Assembly (NCBI GenBank): GCA_007376145.1
Contig: VMFP01000004.1
Location: 70,988 to 134,987 of the forward strand
Length of the DNA: 64,000 nucleotides
Source: Parcubacteria group bacterium Gr01-1014_38
GTDB taxonomy: Bacteria > Patescibacteriota > Andersenbacteria > UBA10190 > CAIZMI01
Direction: 5' to 3'
Shown: positions 56,473 through 64,000 of the stretch, piece after piece
Layout: each line of letters starts with the position of its first letter
Numbering within the stretch: the first letter of the stretch is position 1
Notes under the pieces: generated by a model
Seen by the model: the letters and a program-made list of their open reading frames with translations, nothing else
What the model was told of the DNA's origin: nothing
Database searches by the model: none
Program-made: the position numbers and the translations under genes

Positions 56473-57047
56473 CGGTCACACACTCCCTGCGGCGCGTCCT
56501 CCGATTCCCGCAGACACCGGAAACGCGCGCCGAGGCACTGGTCTTCAGTACGCTCATCGTGGTGTTTCTCGTCTTCTTGGGTGGAGCCCTGAACTACGCC
56601 GCACGTGAGCACCGCGATGGCGTCCGACGACAGCAACTCCGAGAAATCAAGACGGAACTCGAACGCTGGTACAACAGTACGAACGGGTTCCCGCTCCATC
56701 CTTCGGGAGATCTCGGCTGGTGCGGTTCCACGGACGATCCGGAAGACTGGTTCTTTACGTCGTTTCTGAAGCGCGAACGGCAATGGAGCGCGTTGGTCCG
56801 CGACCCCAAGGCGTCGCGCAGCTTGAAGTACCGTTACTGTCCGACGGTGCTGGAAGCAAAGAAGGGGGAAGGAACGCCCTTGGCTGCGGGGTTCTTCCTC
56901 GAAGCCACCTTGGAGAACCGCCGCCCAGGGTCTGCGGGGTTCAATGCCGAGCACAACGTCTTTGAGCGCACCTTCACCCCGAATGGCCGCACGCGCTACT
57001 GGCTTTGCGGGGGGCGAGAGACCCAGTGTGGGACAGAGCAGCCGTAA
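56469..57047 (+). CDS. type IV pilin / GspG-like protein lacking the canonical prepilin cleavage site
   Basis: Single N-terminal TM, then RDGVRRQQLREIKTELERWYNSTNGFP, YRYCP, FFLEATLEN; 4 Cys; ATGA coupling. Confidence 0.65.
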   Translation: MTVTHSLRRVLRFPQTPETRAEALVFSTLIVVFLVFLGGALNYAAREHRDGVRRQQLREIKTELERWYNSTNGFPLHPSGDLGWCGSTDDPEDWFFTSFLKRERQWSALVRDPKASRSLKYRYCPTVLEAKKGEGTPLAAGFFLEATLENRRPGSAGFNAEHNVFERTFTPNGRTRYWLCGGRETQCGTEQP

Positions 57048-57055
57048 GGAACACC

Positions 57056-58120
57056 ATGTCGCGGACTCCGTCACGAATCCTGCTGAAGCATGTCGGGAAC
57101 CTTGGGGACCATCTCTTCCTCGTCGGTGCGCTCCTCGAAGGGGTGGCACGGGTATGGCCGCACGCTACCGTGACGCTCGTGACCGCCTGGGGGTACAAAG
57201 ATCGGCAGGGACGGTGGGGGAAACGGAATCAGGACGGGTACGGCATTGCCCTGATGAAAGAAAACCCCCACGTTGATCACCTCGTTCACTGGAGTGATGC
57301 TCTGTGTTCTCCGGAGGGACGCATCTGCGTGGAAGAAGGGAAACGCTTTCCCACCTGGAATCGCGCGTACTTTGAGCACGTCAAGCCGACCTACGACATC
57401 GTGGCCGAGCTGGAATTTGGACTCCAGATTGAGGAGAACCCTCTCGAGCGCATCGCAGCGGCCGCAGGGCTCCCCTACGTGTCCATCGGACCGTACCCCT
57501 TCTACGGATCGCCGCAGGACGGGGACGTTGGCCGACAGGTGGCCGACCGTTTCCCGCGACCACGCGTTGTGTTCCTGGAAGGGTTAAACAGCACGACCAT
57601 GCGCGGGTGGGATCCGCGGAAAGTTACTGCTCTCGCGCAGCGCTTCCGGGACGTTGGCGTCACACCGCTCTGGTGGGGCGCATCGTTCACACCGCTGTTC
57701 CGCGGTCGAAAACTCACCCTGCGAGAGAACATTGCCCTCCTCGGCCAGTGCGATCTCGCCATTGGCGTCCTTGGCGCACCGATGCACTTTGCGGCCGCCG
57801 CCGGCGTCCAAACTCTGTGCCTGTATGGTGCCCAGTTCTACGCTCGTGCCGCGCCGGGATTCTTCTTCAACCAGACCATTCCAGACAGCCGCCGGCACCA
57901 CAGCACCGTGTTTGGTCCGACGTGTGATGAACCGTGCGCCTTAAAACGGGTATTGCCGTGCAAAAATCTCACCGGTGAGGCCCGGATTACCACGGGCTTT
58001 CGAAGCTGGCAGGCCCCCGGGCGCCAACACGACAAGTCTTGTATTGCCACCATTGCTGCCGAGACGGTCTTCGCAACCGCAGCGGAGGCTCTGGAGCGTC
58101 GAGGGCTCTGGCCGAAATAA
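57056..58120 (+). CDS. GT9 (heptosyltransferase-like) glycosyltransferase
   Basis: GNLGD, NPHVD, LTLRE...CDLAIG..GAPMHFAAAAGVQTLCLYG, C-terminal Cys cluster; SD AAGGA. Confidence 0.75.
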   Translation: MSRTPSRILLKHVGNLGDHLFLVGALLEGVARVWPHATVTLVTAWGYKDRQGRWGKRNQDGYGIALMKENPHVDHLVHWSDALCSPEGRICVEEGKRFPTWNRAYFEHVKPTYDIVAELEFGLQIEENPLERIAAAAGLPYVSIGPYPFYGSPQDGDVGRQVADRFPRPRVVFLEGLNSTTMRGWDPRKVTALAQRFRDVGVTPLWWGASFTPLFRGRKLTLRENIALLGQCDLAIGVLGAPMHFAAAAGVQTLCLYGAQFYARAAPGFFFNQTIPDSRRHHSTVFGPTCDEPCALKRVLPCKNLTGEARITTGFRSWQAPGRQHDKSCIATIAAETVFATAAEALERRGLWPK

Positions 58121-58127
58121 CTGTGAT

Positions 58128-58844
58128 ATGCACAGCGTCGTCATCATCCCCACATACAATGAGCGGGAAAACATTCTCTCGCTCCTCGACGCATTGGAAC
58201 GTCGGTGCGGACCCGAGGTCTCCTTCCTCGTCGTTGATGATTCGTCCCCCGACGGGACGGGAAACCTCGTGCACCAGCGTGCGGTGAACGATCCGAGAGT
58301 TCGACTGTTCTCACGACCGAAGAAGGAGGGCTTGGGTCCGGCCTACACCGCGGCGTTCGAACATGTCCTCACCGCATCGGGCGATCCGGTTCCAGAAAGC
58401 ATTGTGCAGATGGATGCCGATTTTTCCCATCATCCCGACGATGTCCCCCGCCTTCTCGCGACCCTCGAACACGCCGATCTGGTGGTCGGCTCGCGGTACT
58501 GTCCGAGCGGTTCCGTGGCCAATTGGAACTGGCGTCGGCGCTTCTTGAGTCGGGTGGCAAACGAGTATGCTCGCCTCCTCACGCGAGTTTCCGTTCGGGA
58601 TCTCACGGCAGGGTTCTGCGCGTGGCGGGCAGACGTGCTCCGGCGTGTCGCGCCAAGCACCATCCGCGCCGATGGGTACGGGTACCTTCTCGCCATGAAA
58701 GTACGGGCGGCGCGGCTCGGCACGCGCATTGCGGAAGTCCCCATCATCTTCCGTGAACGCCGAGGCGGCGTGTCCAAAATTAGCTCCCACGTCATCGGCG
58801 AAGCGGCGTTGCTGGTCCTGCGCTTGGCGATTCGACGGTGGTGA
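58128..58844 (+). CDS. polyprenol monophosphomannose synthase-like GT2
   Basis: IPTYNERENI, VDDSSPDGTG, KEGLGPAY, QMDADFSHHP, GSRY, RDLTAGF. Confidence 0.9.
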   Translation: MHSVVIIPTYNERENILSLLDALERRCGPEVSFLVVDDSSPDGTGNLVHQRAVNDPRVRLFSRPKKEGLGPAYTAAFEHVLTASGDPVPESIVQMDADFSHHPDDVPRLLATLEHADLVVGSRYCPSGSVANWNWRRRFLSRVANEYARLLTRVSVRDLTAGFCAWRADVLRRVAPSTIRADGYGYLLAMKVRAARLGTRIAEVPIIFRERRGGVSKISSHVIGEAALLVLRLAIRRW

Positions 58845-61255
58845 CGTTGGTCTCTCCGATGAACCGCGCGTGGGATCTCCTCGTCCTCGCACTCGTTGCG
58901 GTTGCACTGCTGACCCCCTACACCGTCTCATCGTTTCTCCTCGCGGGAGACATCCGCGATCTCTACCTCCCGATCGAGGATTTCTTTCGCGCCGAGATGG
59001 CCGAAGGACGCGTGCCAAGCTGGGACCCTGATACGGCCTTAGGATTTCCGGTTCTCGCCTCCGCGCAAACGGGATTCTGGTATCCTCCGCTCTTCCTGCT
59101 CCGCCCCTTCCTTCCTCCCGAATATCTGTACGCCGTGACCTACCTTCTCCACGGCCTGGTCCTGGCGCTGGGCATGTACTCCTATGCGCGTTCCCTCGGT
59201 CTCTCGCGCGCGGGGTCAATGCTCACCGCACTCGCATGTACCGGAAGCGGGTTTACGGTCGGACACTTCACGCACGCCAATATTGTTTTTGGAATCGCCT
59301 GGCTTCCCTGGGTGCTCCTCGTCTCTGACGCCCTGGCCGCCTCGCTTCGACCCCGGCTTCTTGTCCTCCTAAGCATCCTCCTCGCGCTCACCGCGCTCCC
59401 CGGTCATTTCCACATCGCCGCGATCATCGCTGCGCTCAGCGCATGCCGCTTTCTCTTTCAGCTCCGCGTACGGCAGCCGGGCGTCCCGGCTTCGCACACC
59501 TTCTGGACATTCGGAGCGCTCTTTCTCCCGGTTCTGGTCGGCATGCTGGCACTCACGGCAGCGCAGCTCTTCCCCACACTCGAACTCGTTCGCGAGTCGA
59601 CGCGCGGTCCCGGTGGAGGATTTGATCTTGCGCGCGCCAATCAGCACTCCTTTCCACCGTGGCAAGCCATCACGTTCTTCCTTCCTGCCTTCTTCGGCTT
59701 CCCCGACCTGTCCGAATACTGGGGAACGCGCCCCCAAATCGAAATGGCCGCCTGGATCGGAACACTCCCGTTCCTCTTCGCCTTGGTCGGCATCGGTTCG
59801 CTTCGTGCACGCACGCGGGAGCGAGTGTCCCCGAACTTCTGGGTGATCCTCGCGCTCGTCGGGTTCCTCTTCGCGCTCGGCCGGTGGTCGCCTCTCCGTC
59901 TCCTGGGCCTGGAACCAACGTTGGGGATCTTTTCCTCACCAGCGCGGTACCTGGTGCTCACCCAGTGGTCTCTGGCACTCCTCGCAGGCATCGGCTTTGA
60001 CCGCGTGCAACGCCAGCAACGCGCAGGGCGGCTGAGCGGACTGTTTGGGATTGGTGCAGCGCTCGCTGTGGGAGGTGGATTCGTCCTCCTCAAGACCGCA
60101 CCAGACACGCTTCGTCGCCTCGGTGCTCTTGCTATCGAGCAGGTCATTTTGGGAAAGCCGGGGCATGTGCTCTCCAAGACGCAGTACCTCGAAAAACTGG
60201 ATTATCTCCTGGAACGCGTGGGTACCTGGGGCTTCAATCTCAAGAACCCGCTCATTCTTCTGTCCACCGTTCTTCTGTTGTTCGGGGGGATCTGGCTCGT
60301 TCGCTCCGCGCGCCGACCGAGAAATGCAGCTCCGAGTCCGCGGAGCCTCCTGCTGCGTGCTTCTCTCGTGCTCGGGGCGACGGCCGTCGAGCTCCTGGCG
60401 ATGGCGTGGCAGGCGCATCCGCGCGTTGCCTGGGCCGACGTGCGGAAAGAATCTCCTGTGACCCAGGTAATTCGGGATCGTCCACGGGGGCGGCTCTACG
60501 TCGTCCACCCACAAGGCGACACCGGGCTGTACTTCGCGAATCCCACCACCATCAATCGAGAAGAACATGAGCGACTCCTCCGCGATCTCGCCGTCGCCAA
60601 CATCTTCACCCGGAGCGGGATTCCCGGCATCGAGTGGACAGCATCACTCGACTTGGCGCGGGCATCTCATATTCTCTCGCGCGCGCGCGATGACCAGGGA
60701 CGACCGGTGAACGAGAATCTCCTTGATCGCCTCGGCGTCCGCTATGTCGCGGGGAGTACGCGAACACCGGCGCTGCACCTTCCGCTACCCGCGCGCGGGA
60801 TTCTCAACTTCGAAAGCGCGGAGCAGGCCACGGTGCGCGTCTGGGAGCGCCCGACAGCTCGGCCGCGTGTCGAGCTTCTCACTGCCATGCCGCAGGAAAT
60901 TACCGAGCCGCTGCCGCCGACGGCGGGAACAGCGACCATCGTTTCGGAAAACCCGCACCACCTCGCCATCAGAGCCGAGAACCGAACCGGACATCCCGCC
61001 GCACTGGTGCTGCGTGATTCGTTCTATCCAGGCTGGCAGGCAACGCTTGATGGCGTATCGGTTCCGATCGCGCGCGCGGAGAGCGTTTTCCGCGGGGTAC
61101 TGATCCCGCCGGGAACGCACACGCTGATGTTTCGATACCAACCACGGGCGCTGTACGCCGGCATTGTGGTATCGAGTATCGTCCTCATGGCGCTCGGCGG
61201 AATGCTCCTCCGCCCAGCACTACTCCGTTCCACGAACGGAGCGGCGCACGCGTGA
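58838..61255 (+). CDS. YfhO-family membrane protein (GT-C)
   Basis: GDIRDLYLP, GRVPSWDP...GFP, PGH, PARY, DSFYPGWQATLDG...FRGVLIPPGTHTLMFRYQP. Confidence 0.8.
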   Translation: MVTLVSPMNRAWDLLVLALVAVALLTPYTVSSFLLAGDIRDLYLPIEDFFRAEMAEGRVPSWDPDTALGFPVLASAQTGFWYPPLFLLRPFLPPEYLYAVTYLLHGLVLALGMYSYARSLGLSRAGSMLTALACTGSGFTVGHFTHANIVFGIAWLPWVLLVSDALAASLRPRLLVLLSILLALTALPGHFHIAAIIAALSACRFLFQLRVRQPGVPASHTFWTFGALFLPVLVGMLALTAAQLFPTLELVRESTRGPGGGFDLARANQHSFPPWQAITFFLPAFFGFPDLSEYWGTRPQIEMAAWIGTLPFLFALVGIGSLRARTRERVSPNFWVILALVGFLFALGRWSPLRLLGLEPTLGIFSSPARYLVLTQWSLALLAGIGFDRVQRQQRAGRLSGLFGIGAALAVGGGFVLLKTAPDTLRRLGALAIEQVILGKPGHVLSKTQYLEKLDYLLERVGTWGFNLKNPLILLSTVLLLFGGIWLVRSARRPRNAAPSPRSLLLRASLVLGATAVELLAMAWQAHPRVAWADVRKESPVTQVIRDRPRGRLYVVHPQGDTGLYFANPTTINREEHERLLRDLAVANIFTRSGIPGIEWTASLDLARASHILSRARDDQGRPVNENLLDRLGVRYVAGSTRTPALHLPLPARGILNFESAEQATVRVWERPTARPRVELLTAMPQEITEPLPPTAGTATIVSENPHHLAIRAENRTGHPAALVLRDSFYPGWQATLDGVSVPIARAESVFRGVLIPPGTHTLMFRYQPRALYAGIVVSSIVLMALGGMLLRPALLRSTNGAAHA

Positions 61256-61282
61256 AAAAGCCAGGCGGGGCGACGCCTGGCT
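61255..61282 (-). terminator. intrinsic terminator for a minus-strand transcript
   Basis: Minus strand AGCCAGGCG-TCGCCC-CGCCTGGCT followed by a T-tract. Confidence 0.7.
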
Positions 61283-61421
61283 AGACGAAGGTTGTGGGAC
61301 GTTTAGGCGAGGTAGACCACAATGCCGCAGGCTCCTGCCCGCCCACACCGGTCCCAATCCGACCATGAAACACGCCATGCCTGGCCCACTCGGCAGCGGC
61401 CTGTTCATTCCAACCGTGCAT
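61281..61421 (-). CDS. small protein, 46 aa (MHGWNEQAAAEWARHGVFHGRIGTGVGGQEPAALWSTSPKRPTTFV)
   Basis: Own promoter, SD GGGAGG 7 nt before ATG, TAG at the foot of the terminator; below the ORF-track cutoff. Confidence 0.6.
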   Translation of the reverse strand: MHGWNEQAAAEWARHGVFHGRIGTGVGGQEPAALWSTSPKRPTTFV

Positions 61422-61489
61422 GCTTGAACCTCCCGCCGCGTCGTACGCGGACAATTCGAGAACGTTGAGAAAGAACGAAACGGAGATTC

Positions 61490-61518
61490 ACCATACAGGA
61501 TCGGCGACTCCGCGTCAA
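61490..61518 (-). promoter_or_regulatory. sigma70 promoter TTGACG-17-TATGGT
   Basis: Near consensus; positioned to drive the 46-aa ORF. Confidence 0.65.
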
Positions 61519-61523
61519 CACCG

Positions 61524-61552
61524 TTGCCAACAGATGGAGCGTGGGCTATGCT
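61524..61552 (+). promoter_or_regulatory. promoter TTGCCA-17-TATGCT, 6 nt before ATG 61559 (leaderless)
   Basis: Near consensus; back-to-back with the minus-strand promoter. Confidence 0.7.
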
Positions 61553-61558
61553 GCCATC

Positions 61559-61996
61559 ATGGATCAGCGAGCCAAGCAGGAAGCTCAGACCCACGCCCAG
61601 ATGGCCGACGACGTGCTCCGGAAGTCCGAGATCGTCGAGAACAGCGCCCGCGGGATTATCGAGAAACTGGTCGAGGGAGAGTTCCATAGTGTCCTCCGCA
61701 TTACGTCGAAGGCAGGAACCGTCCGCGCGAACCACTATCATAAGCGGGACTCTCATCTCTGCTACCTCGTCCGCGGGAAAATCGAGTACGTGTATCGCGA
61801 TGCGCTCGACGAACGCGCACCGCTCCAGCGCATGATCATCGAACCCGGGCAGCTCTTCTACAGCCCACCGATGGTGGCGCACGCGATGGTGTTCCTCGAG
61901 GATTCGGAGTTCTACTGCTTCACGACGAGCCCCCGCCACACGCAGAAGGACTACGAGGACGACGTCGTCCGGGTCACGCTTGTCCCGTCTTCGTGA
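61559..61996 (+). CDS. cupin-domain protein (NDP-sugar isomerase/epimerase-like)
   Basis: RANHYHK..SH, PPMVAHAM cupin motifs. Confidence 0.78.
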   Translation: MDQRAKQEAQTHAQMADDVLRKSEIVENSARGIIEKLVEGEFHSVLRITSKAGTVRANHYHKRDSHLCYLVRGKIEYVYRDALDERAPLQRMIIEPGQLFYSPPMVAHAMVFLEDSEFYCFTTSPRHTQKDYEDDVVRVTLVPSS

Positions 61997-63282
61997 GCAT
62001 GCAGGCACCCTCGATCCTTCACACATCGCTTCGGACCAAGAGCATCATCACGAAGACCACCGCCTGCCGACTGTGCGGAAGTCAGCGGCGTACCGATGTG
62101 TGGTCGTTCGGGGAAACACCGCTGGCGAACGCCTACCGCACGGTGGAAGAACTCGGGCAGCCCGAGTTCGTGGCGCCACTCACGGTCGCACGCTGTGAAG
62201 CATGCCAGCTCGTCCAGCTGCGAGAAACGGTCGATCCAACGGTTCTTTTCCGGGACTATCTCTACGTGTCGTCAACCTCACCGACGTTCGTCGCGCACTT
62301 CGACGCGTACGCCGCGCATCTCACGGAGCGTTTCCACCTCCGTGCGGGCACCTTCGTCATCGATATCGGGAGTAACGATGGGATTCTGTTGAAACCCCTC
62401 CGCGCCCGTGGCGTTCGCGCACTCGGGGTGGAGCCAGTCGCACACATCGCGGACAGAGCGAATGCGGAAGGCGCCGAAACTCTCCCGGCGTTCTTCTCCC
62501 GAAGTCTCGCCAGGGAGATTCGCTCGCGGTACGGACCGGCGACGGTGATCACCGCAAATAATGTCTTTGCACACATGCCGGATCTGGACGACGCTCTCCA
62601 AGGCGTGCAGGAACTCCTCGCAGAGGACGGCGTGTGTGCCTTCGAAGTGCAGTACCTTGGCGATCTGCTGGAGAAGAACCTGTTTGACATCGTGTACCAC
62701 GAACACCTCTGCTACTATCACGTCGCACCGCTCGTTCCCTTCTTTGCTCGGCACGGCTTTGAACTCTTCGATGTCCAACGCGTTCCCGTCCACGGTGGTT
62801 CTATCCGTGTTTTCGTCCAGCGAGCGAACGGGCCGCATCCCACGGAGACCCGGATCCAGGAACTGTTGGATGCGGAACGCGCTCAAGGCCTGCATACCCT
62901 CGAACCGTACCGGGCGTTCTGGCAACGGGTGCAAACGAATAAAGAGTCCTTGGTCCGTCTTCTCTCTCACCTCCGCGCCTCGGGGAAACGCCTTGCTGGC
63001 TACGGAGCACCGGCCAAAGCCACGACGCTACTGCAGACCTTCGGTATCGGTCCCGAAACGCTCGAGTACATCGTGGATGACGACACGAAGTTCAAGCAGG
63101 GCCGCTATATGCCGGGGTCGCACATTCCCATCGTGGCGCCAGAGCGTCTCTACCGCGACCGGCCGGACGCCTGCCTCATCCTCGCGTGGAATTTCGCCGA
63201 ACCGCTCATGCACACGCACCGACGCTTCACACAACAAGGCGGACGTTTTATTGTTCCCGTACCCGAACCCCGGATCGTGTGA
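61993..63282 (+). CDS. NDP-sugar C-methyltransferase (second copy)
   Basis: CRLC...CEAC, DIGSNDG, NNVFAH, YHEH, HGGSIR, GYGAPAKA, LAWNF. Confidence 0.9.
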   Translation: MSMQAPSILHTSLRTKSIITKTTACRLCGSQRRTDVWSFGETPLANAYRTVEELGQPEFVAPLTVARCEACQLVQLRETVDPTVLFRDYLYVSSTSPTFVAHFDAYAAHLTERFHLRAGTFVIDIGSNDGILLKPLRARGVRALGVEPVAHIADRANAEGAETLPAFFSRSLAREIRSRYGPATVITANNVFAHMPDLDDALQGVQELLAEDGVCAFEVQYLGDLLEKNLFDIVYHEHLCYYHVAPLVPFFARHGFELFDVQRVPVHGGSIRVFVQRANGPHPTETRIQELLDAERAQGLHTLEPYRAFWQRVQTNKESLVRLLSHLRASGKRLAGYGAPAKATTLLQTFGIGPETLEYIVDDDTKFKQGRYMPGSHIPIVAPERLYRDRPDACLILAWNFAEPLMHTHRRFTQQGGRFIVPVPEPRIV

Positions 63283-63287
63283 GCGAT

Positions 63288-64000
63288 ATGCGACCCCCGC
63301 CCGTCATCCAAGAAGATCTGGCGGCGATTGCCGAGACCATCGGCAGCGCCGCGCAGGAACTCGCCGGGAAGACGGTGCTGATCAGCGGTGGCGCCGGGTT
63401 CCTCGGACGGTACTTCCTCGGCGTCTTCGCGCACCTGAACCGGCGAACGCTTGGCCAGCCGTGCCGCGTCATCTCCGCTGACAACTACATCACCGGAGAT
63501 CGGGACGGTGCGTTCGGGGTCAACGATGATCCGAACGTGCTCTCGCTCTGGGCGGATGTGACACTGCCGCTTCCCGTCCGCGAACCCGTTGACTACATCA
63601 TTCACGCCGCCGGCCTTGCTTCGCCCGTCTACTACCAACGGTACCCGCTCGAAACGATTGAGAGCGCCGTCCTAGGCGCCAAAAATCTTCTCGAGTTGGG
63701 CAGGCGAAACGCGCTCAAGAGTTTCCTGCTTTTCAGCTCGAGCGAAATCTACGGCGACCCCGACCCGCGCTCCGTCCCCACGCCGGAAACGTACTGTGGG
63801 AACGTCTCGAGCGTCGGTCCCCGCGCGTGCTACGACGAGTCGAAGCGGCTGGCGGAAACGCTTTCGATCGTCTACCACCAGCAATTCGGCGTGCCCGTGA
63901 AGATTGTCCGACCGTTCAACGTGTACGGTCCGGGAATGCGGCCGGACGACCGTCGCGTCATGCCGACGTTCGGGCTGCGCACGCTCCGCGGCGAGTCGCT
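63288..64000 (+). CDS. extended SDR, UDP-glucuronate decarboxylase (UXS)-like; 3' partial
   Basis: Not in the ORF track. GGAGFLG, DNYITG, HAAGLASPVYY, SSSEIYGDP, GNVSSVGPRACYDESKR, RPFNVYGPG. Confidence 0.82.
   Translation, partial: MRPPPVIQEDLAAIAETIGSAAQELAGKTVLISGGAGFLGRYFLGVFAHLNRRTLGQPCRVISADNYITGDRDGAFGVNDDPNVLSLWADVTLPLPVREPVDYIIHAAGLASPVYYQRYPLETIESAVLGAKNLLELGRRNALKSFLLFSSSEIYGDPDPRSVPTPETYCGNVSSVGPRACYDESKRLAETLSIVYHQQFGVPVKIVRPFNVYGPGMRPDDRRVMPTFGLRTLRGES

Overview
The window is almost entirely one very large cell-surface glycan biosynthesis and tailoring region of a GC-rich bacterium. A Patescibacteria/CPR origin is inferred from compact operons, mostly leaderless promoters and a CPR-style pilin-like gene. 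It encodes about 11 GT-C-fold membrane glycosyltransferases (YfhO, PMT/ArnT-like, DUF2079), 5 DPM1-like polyprenol-phosphate GT2 enzymes, GT4/GT9 enzymes and 3 flippase-type proteins. The sugar-tailoring set is unusually rich: an actinomycete-style 2,6-dideoxy-3-C-methyl sugar cassette, a ColD-like 3-dehydratase, RffA plus a formyltransferase with co-located glyA-folD, a carbamoyltransferase, an AsnB-type amidotransferase, six intact SAM methyltransferases and two C-methyltransferases. Non-coding signals include a perfect 24-bp palindrome between divergent genes, a structured leader upstream of glyA, an IS200/IS605-like palindromic element, an orphan two-gene unit, and a complete 46-codon gene missed by the ORF track. 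No rRNA, tRNA, CRISPR array or intact transposase was seen. All family calls come from motif recognition by eye, not database searches.
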